This document shows, piece after piece, positions 38,851-46,341 of a DNA stretch of 64,000 nt (position 1 is its first letter; each line of letters opens with the position of its first letter). The DNA is taken from contig OZ241751.1 of the NCBI GenBank assembly GCA_965201135.1, forward strand, positions 948,248 through 1,012,247. The letters run 5' to 3'. A model generated the notes under the pieces. The model saw nothing but the letters and a program-made list of their open reading frames with translations, did no database searches and had not been told where the DNA came from. This DNA is from Dehalococcoidia bacterium (lineage in GTDB: Bacteria > Chloroflexota > Dehalococcoidia > Lucifugimonadales > Australimonadaceae). The position numbers and the translations under genes are program-made.

Positions 38851-40129
38851 CTACCCATCCTTGCGCGGCGGCTTCGCCAGCGACACCGCGACCAGCGCGA
38901 CCAGCAGCGCCGCGAGAAAGATGAGAAACGCGAGCGTGTAACTCCCGCGCAGGTCGTAGATCCAACCCGTCAGAACCGCGCCCGTCGCCGCGAACGGCCC
39001 CGAAAGCAACTGCGATAGGCCGCGTATCGCCCCCAAATGCCGCCGCCCGAAGTAGTTGGCGAACAGCACGACCTGCGCCACCGTCCAGCCGCCCGTCCCC
39101 AGCCCGAACACCACCCCGAACGCCGACGCCATCGGAATGTTGTCCGCGAATATCAGCATCGCCATCGCCGCGCACGACAGAACCGTGGCCAGCGCCGCGC
39201 CCCAGCGAACGTGAAACCGGTCCATCAGCGCGCCCCATCCGTAGGCCGACACCGCCGCCGTCCCCATAATGATGAACACGAACGCCCCGGAGAACTCGCG
39301 CGGCGCGCCCCGCGCCTCCACGCTCGGAACGGCGTGCACGTTCACCGCCGTCTGCGCGAAGAACACGATCATCGTCGCCGCCGTCAGCAGCCAAAACGCC
39401 GGCGTCCAGCGCGCCTCCGCAAGCGTGAACGACGCCTCGCCGCCGTCCGCCCGACGCTCCGCTCCGCCGGCGCTTGCGTCCGCCCCGTCCGGCAGCATCC
39501 CGTAGTCCTCCGGCCTCCGCCGGATGAACAGCCATCCGGGAATGACGATCAGCGCGAACGTCATGACGGCCAGCGCGGCGTAGGCGTGCCGCCACGAGTA
39601 CGCGATGATCAGCGGCGTGGCGATCGCCAGCGGAACCACCGCCTGCCCCGCCCGCAGCCCGATGCTGATGAACGAGACGGCGCGCCCCCGCTTGCTTACG
39701 AACCAGTTGCCCACCGCCACCATCGTCCCCAAGTTCACGCCGGTCAGCGCCGCTGTTCGCCCCGCGCCGAACAGCGCCCAGAACTGCCAGACCTCCTGCA
39801 TCAGCGCCAGCCCCGCGAGCGCGCCCGTGATCACCAGCCCCCCGACCGCAATCGCCGTCCGCGCCCCGTATCTGTCGAGTTTGCTTCCGATGACCGCCGC
39901 GCCCCGCGGCCCCGCACAAACTCCCGATGGCGAACGCCGCCGAAATCTCCGCCCGCGTCCACCCCAACTCCTCGCTGATCGGCGTCACGAACACGGACAG
40001 CACGGCGCCGTACATCGGCACCTGCGCGAACGCGATGACCGTCGACGCCGAGACGATGCCCCAGCCGAAAAAGACGCGCTCGAACGGCCAGAACGCAGGC
40101 GGAGCGGGGCGCGGCGACGGTCGCGTCAT
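38851..40129 (-). pseudogene. MFS transporter interrupted by a frameshift near 39895-39905 (or a sequencing error)
   Basis: The N-terminal ~76 aa (MTRPSPRPAPPAFWPFERVFFGWGIVSASTVIAFAQVPMYGAVLSVFVTPISEELGWTRAEISAAFAIGSLCGAAG) lie in the 38819..40129 frame. The sequence continues sensibly as ...AAVIGSKLDRYGARTAIAVGGLVITGALAG... only in the 38851..39834 frame. The switch falls in the G/C run gcggggccgcggggcgcggcgg. Confidence 0.7.
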
Positions 40130-40158
40130 GCGGCGGCTTCGGGCGGACGCGGCGTCGC

Positions 40159-40232
40159 GCCCGCAATTCCTCCTATGCTAGGAGTGAATGGAGGGCGACT
40201 CGGCTCCGTATGAGCGTTACGCAAAGGTCTCT
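40159..40232. mobile_element. Truncated, diverged MITE copy (right half with TIR variant gttacgcaaaggtct)
   Basis: gcccgcaattcctcctatgctaggagtgaatggagggcgactcggctccgtatgagcgttacgcaaaggtctct aligns with the interior and right end of the copy at 54787-54883. Confidence 0.55.
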
Positions 40233-40280
40233 AGCGCCGCCGGAGCGCGTCCGCCGCGTTCGCCATCGCGCCCCCGCCTC

Positions 40281-41495
40281 CTACCGCCCGCGCCCGCGAG
40301 GGCCGGCGGTTGCGAGGTATCCCTCGTAGTTGCGGCGCGTCTCCGAGATATGGTCGCCGCCGAACTTCTCCGTGAACGCCCCGGCGAGCGTGATCAGAAC
40401 CATCGCCTCCGCGATCACGCCGCAAGTGGGAACGAACGTGACGTCGCTGCGCTCGTAGTGCGCCTGATCGAGTTCGCCGGTCGCAAGATCGACCGAGGGC
40501 AGCGGGGTCATCATCGTGGCGATGGGCTTGACGACGGCGCGGACGACGAGAGGCTCGCCGGTGGTCATGCCCCCCTCGAGCCCGCCGGCGTTGTTGGTGC
40601 GGCGCGGCCATGCGCGCTTCCACGAGCCGCCGCCGCCGCGCTCCCACTCCTCGATGGGCTTGATCACGTCGTGAACCCTGGAGCCGCGCAAGTCGGCGAG
40701 CGCGAACCCCTTGCCGATCTCCACGCCTTTGACGGCGTTGACGCTGCCGACGGCGGCCATCAGCCTCGTGCTCAGTTTCGTATCCCACTGAATATGGGAG
40801 CCGAGGCCGATGGGCAGCCCGGTCGCCACGACTTCGACGACGCCTCCGAGGCTGTCGCCGGCCTCTTTCGCCGCGTCTATCTCGCGCACCATCAGCGCGC
40901 CCGCGTCCGGGTCGGCGCAGCGAACGGGGGACTCCTCGGCGGCGGCCCAGTCCACGGGCTCCGGCGGATGCGCCTGAACGCCCCCGATGTTCGTGACGTG
41001 GCTATGCGCCTCGACGCCGAATTCGGCGAGGAAGGCGCGGCAGGCGGCGCCGGCGGCGACGCGGGCGGCGGACTCCCTCGCCGACGAGCGCTCCAGTATG
41101 TTGCGGGCGTCGTCCTGCAGATACTTGCTGACGCCGGGCGTGTCGGCGTGGCCGGGGCGCAGACGGCGGATCGGCGTGACCTCGCCCTCGACGGGCTCTT
41201 TCGCCATCGTATGCGTCCACGGCTTGCCGTCCGGCCCGTTTCCCGTGAAGTGGTCGCGGTTTTCGATGAGCATTGCGATGGGCGCGCCAGTGGTGAAGCC
41301 GTGCCGCACCCCGGACTGCAGGACGGCGTAGTCCGTCTCGATCTGCATGCGCCCGCCGCGCCCATAGCCCATCTGCCGCCGGGCGAGGTCGGCGCGGACG
41401 AACGCCTCGGAGAGGGGAACCCCCGCCGGCAGCCCATCGAGAAGCGCGACGAGTCCGGGGCCGTGGGACTCGCCCGCCGTGAGAAATCGAACCAA
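40281..41495 (-). CDS. aroC: Chorismate synthase
   Basis: 404 aa. Starts (TTG)VRFLTAGESHGPGLVALLDGLPAGV with GGAGG 8 nt upstream. RSSARESAARVAAGA and the other AroC blocks are present. Confidence 0.95.
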   Translation of the reverse strand: MVRFLTAGESHGPGLVALLDGLPAGVPLSEAFVRADLARRQMGYGRGGRMQIETDYAVLQSGVRHGFTTGAPIAMLIENRDHFTGNGPDGKPWTHTMAKEPVEGEVTPIRRLRPGHADTPGVSKYLQDDARNILERSSARESAARVAAGAACRAFLAEFGVEAHSHVTNIGGVQAHPPEPVDWAAAEESPVRCADPDAGALMVREIDAAKEAGDSLGGVVEVVATGLPIGLGSHIQWDTKLSTRLMAAVGSVNAVKGVEIGKGFALADLRGSRVHDVIKPIEEWERGGGGSWKRAWPRRTNNAGGLEGGMTTGEPLVVRAVVKPIATMMTPLPSVDLATGELDQAHYERSDVTFVPTCGVIAEAMVLITLAGAFTEKFGGDHISETRRNYEGYLATAGPRGRGR

Positions 41496-41571
41496 GTCCG
41501 GAACCTCCGCCGGGAATTGGCGTCTATTCTACACGGCGGGGCGCGCCGCCGGGCTACGGGCGCTGGCTTCG

Positions 41572-42033
41572 CTACTCTCGATTCGCTATCCGTTCAGCGA
41601 CCAATTTCGCAACTTCACGCGCCCAACTCCGCCATCGCCTGTCCGTCCGCCTGACTTCGTCGTACTCGTCCGGCGATGGCATCGGCGGCAATTCCGGCGC
41701 ATGCTGAGCCGTGCAGGCTTGTATGCGGTTAGTTGGGTGGTCAGGCGGGTCGCCGCTCAGGAGAACCGGCGCAATTGCGACTGCGTCCCTGTTGAACCAA
41801 GCGAACGTAGATTCCATAATCGCCCACTTGCTCGCCCCGAAATCGTCTGTCCAGACGGGAACGAAACACCGCATAGCCTTCAGGTTCTTCTCTATCTCCT
41901 CTTCCCATTCCGTAAATGGAGCAATGTCTTCCGCAGCGAGGAAGACGACGAGACCCTCAGCCTCTAGGGATTCCTTTAGGTAGGACGCGGCGTCAAGGCC
42001 GGCATCGGCGTAGCTCAGGAATATATCCGCCAT
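41572..42033 (-). CDS. Short stand-alone TIR-domain protein (153 aa)
   Basis: MADIFLSYADAGLDAASYLKESLEAEGLVVFLAAEDI...MRCFVPVWTDDFGASKWAIMESTFAW carries the D-x-F-x-S-Y strand-A motif and the S-x-W-x(3)-E glutamate motif of bacterial TIR domains. The ATG lies 3 nt after the upstream stop. Confidence 0.8.
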   Translation of the reverse strand: MADIFLSYADAGLDAASYLKESLEAEGLVVFLAAEDIAPFTEWEEEIEKNLKAMRCFVPVWTDDFGASKWAIMESTFAWFNRDAVAIAPVLLSGDPPDHPTNRIQACTAQHAPELPPMPSPDEYDEVRRTDRRWRSWAREVAKLVAERIANRE

Positions 42034-42036
42034 CCG

Positions 42037-42573
42037 CTACGCCAAGGCGGGTTCCGGAGCGCCGCTTCCGTTGCGCTGCATCGTCACGGCGTCCCCGTCC
42101 GACCACACCCAATAGCCTTTGGTGGGGCGGAGCGTTCCATGCTGGCCTTTTTGGATCTCCTCCCAGTCGCCGTTGGCGGCTACGTTGGCTACGGGGCGCT
42201 TCAGCGTGTTGGCCACGCGCCAATCCAGCGCCTTGAAGTAAGCGTCGGCGTCTTGCTCCCTCTCTCCGATAACGCCAACCAAATTCCAGCCGTTGACGAT
42301 TCTGACGTGAGCGGATTCGCTCGCCTGAACGCAAAGGCTTTCCTCTCTCGGCGTGTTGACCCAGTACCCGCATCCGCCTGCGATTTCGCCGAGCGTTCCC
42401 GTCCACACGCCGTCCTCGTCTTTGACGGCCGTCGACCAGCCGCCGTCCTGGTAGCGCAACGCAACGGATACGGAGGAACCGCTGAAGACGTCCGCTACTC
42501 CCGGGCGCGCCGGGGTATACGGAAAAGATATGAGGTTCCACCCGGTCGAAAGGCTTATCGCCATTTCTTTCAT
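42037..42573 (-). CDS. Uncharacterised 178-aa protein with two GWNL...GYWV repeats, co-transcribed with the TIR gene
   Basis: In frame with ORF 42037..42651. ATG 42573 has GGAGG 7 nt upstream. Repeat 1 runs GWNLISFP...GCGYWVNT and repeat 2 runs GWNLVGVIG...TKGYWVWSD. I see no signal peptide or TM helix. Confidence 0.65.
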   Translation of the reverse strand: MKEMAISLSTGWNLISFPYTPARPGVADVFSGSSVSVALRYQDGGWSTAVKDEDGVWTGTLGEIAGGCGYWVNTPREESLCVQASESAHVRIVNGWNLVGVIGEREQDADAYFKALDWRVANTLKRPVANVAANGDWEEIQKGQHGTLRPTKGYWVWSDGDAVTMQRNGSGAPEPALA

Positions 42574-42622
42574 TACGAAACCTCCGGGTCGAAGCGCGCC
42601 GGCCCCTCTTCCCCAAGTTTGG

Positions 42623-42651
42623 AATTTAGCCCAATCCGTCCGCCATGTCAA
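42623..42651 (-). promoter_or_regulatory. Near-consensus sigma70-type promoter TTGACA-17-TAAATT driving the TIR cassette
   Basis: On the minus strand, ttgaca is at 42651-42646 and taaatt at 42628-42623, with a 17-nt spacer. The promoter lies between the stop of the dehydrogenase gene (42658) and ATG 42573. Confidence 0.5.
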
Positions 42652-42657
42652 CGCTCC

Positions 42658-43716
42658 CTAAATCAGGCTTCGCCCCTCAAAGCGCTCTCGCCAGCGCGGG
42701 AGAACGTCCTTGTTGAAGACGTGCTCGGGAACTTGCCCCCGCAGCGCGCGCAGGACGTCCTCTGTGCCCCACTCGATGCCGGGGCCGATCCCCGCGCCGT
42801 AGTTGTGCGCCGCGACGTGCGCCGACAGCAAAACGCGCTCGTCCATCTTCCGCAGCGGGCTGTCCATCGGCAGCGGCTCCACCTCGAAAACGTCCAGCCC
42901 CGCGCCCGCTATCGCCTCATTCCGCAGAGCGTCGATCAGGGCGGGCTCGTCGATCACCGGCCCTCGCGCCGTGTTCAGAATGATCGCCGTCGGCTTCATC
43001 ATGGCGAACTCGCGCGCGCCGATCATGCGGCGCGTCTCGGCGGTCAGCGTGACGTGCAGCGTGACGACGTCGGACTCGCGCAGCAGCGTATCGAGGTCGA
43101 CGCGCTCCACGTTGGCGTGAATGAAGCGGTCTACCGGCTGATAGGGGTCGTAGCCGATCATTCGGACGCGCCACGGCGCGAGCATCTGCGCCAGCCGCCC
43201 GCCAATGCGCCCCAGCCCGACGATGCCGATCGTCAGCCCCGGATAGCCGTCCTCGCGCCGTCCGATATGCGTCGCGGTCAACTCCTCCGTCCGCCACGCC
43301 GTCCCGTGCTTGAGCGCCGCGTCGCGCTGCCGCGCCTTCTTCAGGAGCGTCAGCATCTGCTGCATCGTCGTCTCCACGACGCCGCCCCAGTTCGCCTCCG
43401 TCGGCGCGTGCGTTACGACGATGCCCAACTCCGTCGCGGCGTCGACGTCGATCTCGTCGACGCCCACGGTGTACTTCGCCGCGATCCGCAACTGCTCGGA
43501 GGCGAGCATTACGCCCCGGTCTATCCGCCCGCCCTTGATCGACGTTCCGACGAGCGCGTCGGCGCCTGCGGCCAGCGCCGCCAGTTCCTCCGTCGTGTTC
43601 CCCGTCGGGTCGGCCCAAGACGCCTTCCCGAACGAGACCTCGCATCCGGCCTCCGCGAACCGCTTGTGACTCTCCTCGTCGCCCGGGGCGAAAACGACCA
43701 CCTTCGGCGCAGCCAT
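42658..43716 (-). CDS. D-isomer-specific 2-hydroxyacid dehydrogenase (PGDH/GyaR-like)
   Basis: In frame with ORF 42658..43887. Start MAAPKVVVFAP with AGGAGGA upstream. GIVGLGRIGGRLAQML is the NAD-binding motif; the TLHVTLTAETRRMI and NTARGPVIDEPALIDAL blocks are present. Confidence 0.85.
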   Translation of the reverse strand: MAAPKVVVFAPGDEESHKRFAEAGCEVSFGKASWADPTGNTTEELAALAAGADALVGTSIKGGRIDRGVMLASEQLRIAAKYTVGVDEIDVDAATELGIVVTHAPTEANWGGVVETTMQQMLTLLKKARQRDAALKHGTAWRTEELTATHIGRREDGYPGLTIGIVGLGRIGGRLAQMLAPWRVRMIGYDPYQPVDRFIHANVERVDLDTLLRESDVVTLHVTLTAETRRMIGAREFAMMKPTAIILNTARGPVIDEPALIDALRNEAIAGAGLDVFEVEPLPMDSPLRKMDERVLLSAHVAAHNYGAGIGPGIEWGTEDVLRALRGQVPEHVFNKDVLPRWRERFEGRSLI

Positions 43717-43781
43717 GCATCTCCTCCTTGTTGGGACGTTCCCGCAATCTGATGCGCCCGCAATGATGCGGCGCCGGCGGC

Positions 43782-44627
43782 CTAGCCCGGCGTGGGCGTC
43801 AGCGCCAGCAGAACCTCGACGCGCACCTCGTCGCCCACGCTCACCACGCTCCGCGCCGTCGGAACGGGCTCGCCAATGTCGTCCCACGTGAACGACGAGC
43901 GCCCCACTACGTACACCACGTCCCCGTCGTCGCGCGCCTCGACCGCGAACGTCAGCGGAACGTCCATCCCGTTGATGCGGAGCGTTCCCGTCACGTCCGC
44001 CGTCGCCGTCTCGCCGTCCGCGAAGCCGTCCGGCAAGGGCGTGAGGTCGCCGAACGCGACCTCCGCCGCCGGCTGATTTGGGAACATCCGCGAGCGGACG
44101 TATCTGTCGCGGAACGGCTCGTCGCTCGTCATCCCGTGCAGGCCGACCTCAATCAGCGAGTCGCCGCCGTCCAGCCGAACCTCGCCGGAGAGTTCGTCCG
44201 TCCGCATCACGGCCTCGTAGTTCGGCACGGTGACGCGAGCCAACTCCTCATCCACCGAGAACGTCGCCCTGGAGCCTGCCCCGACGACGAACCGGACGCC
44301 GTCCACCTCGCCGGTGGAGCGCGAGAACGGCGCAGGGGTCGCGGGCGAGTCGGTCGGCGGCGGCGGCGTGGTTGGGGTCGGGCGAGCCGCCCCTTGCGCC
44401 GCCGCGGTGGGAGTGTCGTCGGCAGGGAGCGGCGTCGCCGTCGGGCCGCGCGTCGGGGCGGGCTCGCCTGCCGGCGCGGTTGCGGTCGCGGTCGGCGCCG
44501 GCTGCTCGACTCGCGGCGTGTCCGTGGGCGCCGGCGGCGGAGTAGGCGTCGCGTCTCCGCAAGCGGCGAAGACGGCCAGCGCGGCGAGCGCGAACAAAAC
44601 GGCGGGCGCGTTGCGGACGGCGTTCAT
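43782..44627 (-). CDS. YceI-family lipoprotein
   Basis: In frame with ORF 43782..44957. The signal is MNAVRNAPAVLFALAALAVFAACG, followed by a Pro/Thr-rich linker. The YceI-like core is SRATFSVDEEL...SDEPFRDRYVRSRMF...VTGTLRINGMDVPLTF. Confidence 0.7.
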   Translation of the reverse strand: MNAVRNAPAVLFALAALAVFAACGDATPTPPPAPTDTPRVEQPAPTATATAPAGEPAPTRGPTATPLPADDTPTAAAQGAARPTPTTPPPPTDSPATPAPFSRSTGEVDGVRFVVGAGSRATFSVDEELARVTVPNYEAVMRTDELSGEVRLDGGDSLIEVGLHGMTSDEPFRDRYVRSRMFPNQPAAEVAFGDLTPLPDGFADGETATADVTGTLRINGMDVPLTFAVEARDDGDVVYVVGRSSFTWDDIGEPVPTARSVVSVGDEVRVEVLLALTPTPG

Positions 44628-45136
44628 AGCGTAAGCATACCCCAAACGGCGGCGCGCGGCGGCAGTTCCAGCCGCCCGCTCTCCGCATCGCCGACGCCCG
44701 CCAGCGCCGCCCCGACCGCGACGGCGGCGATGAGCGCCGCGAGCGCAACCCAGCGGCGCGACGCGATGGGCGCGAGCAGAGGCGTGAGCAGCGCGACTCC
44801 GCCGAACGCTATCGCCGCGAGAGGAACGGTGAACGAGACCATCCGCGTCAGTTGCGTCTCCGCCGCGAACGCGAGCCCCGTCCACGCGAGGAAGCCCGCC
44901 CCCATCGCGGCGGCCAACAGCAGAGGCGCGTTGGCGCGTCCCCCCAGCGCCCGCCACAGATAGCCGCCCGCGAGCGCCAGAACGAGCGTCCCCGTCGTAA
45001 CGCTCCCCGCGTTGAGCAGCCCGTCGTGAGGCGAGCGCAGCGGCAGCGAGACGAGCGCGGCGGCGACGGCGGCGAGCGCCCCCGCCATGAGCGCGGAGCG
45101 CATCGGGGCGCGGGGCTTGCGGGGCGCGTCGCTCAT
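44624..45136 (-). CDS. Hypothetical membrane protein (4-5 TM helices)
   Basis: 170-aa hydrophobic ORF. Its stop overlaps the YceI start (ATGA), suggesting translational coupling. Confidence 0.55.
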   Translation of the reverse strand: MSDAPRKPRAPMRSALMAGALAAVAAALVSLPLRSPHDGLLNAGSVTTGTLVLALAGGYLWRALGGRANAPLLLAAAMGAGFLAWTGLAFAAETQLTRMVSFTVPLAAIAFGGVALLTPLLAPIASRRWVALAALIAAVAVGAALAGVGDAESGRLELPPRAAVWGMLTL

Positions 45137-45222
45137 AACGCTCCTATGCTACGCCATCCGCCCCTCGCCCGGCGCTCCGCCGGCGGCGTACAATAGGCGC
45201 CGCATGCCGAAGGAGGGACGCG

Positions 45223-46338
45223 ATGGCGGGCATTCTCGACGCGGACACGCACATCACCGAGCCCGAGCGTATGTGGGACTATCTGGAGCCGGAGTGGCGC
45301 CCGCGCCGTCCGGTCGTCGTGAGCGTGCCGGAAGACACGCTCTACGGCCAGGTCGACCATATGTGGCTCATAGACGGGCGCATCGTCCCCAGGCCCGTCG
45401 GACGCGGCGGCGGCACGCTCGCCACGCCCACCGCGCAGACGCGCATGCGCTCCCGCCCCGACATTCCCGCCCGCGAGTTGACCGACCTTCCCATGCGCTT
45501 CGAAGGCATGCGCGCCACGAACGTCGACGCGCACGTCGTCTACCCGACGCTGTTCCTCGCGTTCCTCACGGACGATCCCGCCTACGAGGCCGCGCTCGCC
45601 CGCGCCTACAACCGCTATCTCGCCGACGTCTGGGCCAGGTCGGAAGACCGCGTCCGGTGGGTCGTCGTGCCTCCGCTGCGCGACGTCGACGCGACGATCA
45701 AGGAGTTGCAATTCGGCAAGGCGAACGGCGCTTGCGGCGTCTTCTTCCGCGGCATCGAGAAAGACCGCATGCTCGACGACCCCTACTTCTTTCCGGTCTA
45801 CGAGGAGGCGCAGGCGCTCGACCTCGCGATTTGCGTTCATCAGGGGCAGGGCGCGCCCGCGCTCAACAACCTCGTGGATCCGGCGCGCAGCCATACGTTC
45901 ACGCACGGGCGGCTGCCTCCGCTCGCGGCGTTCCGCAACATTGTCCACAACCGGATTCCCGAGCAGTTCAAGGGACTGCGCTGGGGCTTCATCGAGACCG
46001 GCGCGTCGTGGATTCCGTTCGCGCTCTATCAGTTGACCGGCACGATGAAGGAGCCGCCCGACTTCTTCGGCCCGAGGCTGTTTGACAAGTGCAACATCTG
46101 GGTCTCCTACGAGGTCGGCGAGGACTTGCCGTATCTGATGGACAGGATCGGGGAGGACCACATCGTCGTCGGCACGGACTACGGACACCATACGCCGGGC
46201 TCGACCGACCGGCTGAAGTCGGATCCGTCGGCGCAGACGCATATGGTGGAGGCGCTGCGGTCGCGCTCCGATCTGCCCGCGCGGACGCTGGACAAGATAC
46301 TGAGCGCGAACCCGAACGCGCTCTACGGCGCGTCGTAG
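45223..46338 (+). CDS. Amidohydrolase-2 (ACMSD-like metal-dependent hydrolase/decarboxylase) family protein
   Basis: 371 aa. MAGILDADTHITEP... matches the usual D-x-H-x-H start of the family; VHQGQG...GTDYGHH is present. Confidence 0.75.
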   Translation: MAGILDADTHITEPERMWDYLEPEWRPRRPVVVSVPEDTLYGQVDHMWLIDGRIVPRPVGRGGGTLATPTAQTRMRSRPDIPARELTDLPMRFEGMRATNVDAHVVYPTLFLAFLTDDPAYEAALARAYNRYLADVWARSEDRVRWVVVPPLRDVDATIKELQFGKANGACGVFFRGIEKDRMLDDPYFFPVYEEAQALDLAICVHQGQGAPALNNLVDPARSHTFTHGRLPPLAAFRNIVHNRIPEQFKGLRWGFIETGASWIPFALYQLTGTMKEPPDFFGPRLFDKCNIWVSYEVGEDLPYLMDRIGEDHIVVGTDYGHHTPGSTDRLKSDPSAQTHMVEALRSRSDLPARTLDKILSANPNALYGAS

Positions 46339-46341
46339 CCG

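Noticed and set aside
41561-42678. The 8-mer ggcttcgc on both sides of the TIR cassette, considered as a possible target duplication.
   Set aside because: An 8-mer match in GC-rich DNA is expected by chance, and no longer repeat is visible.
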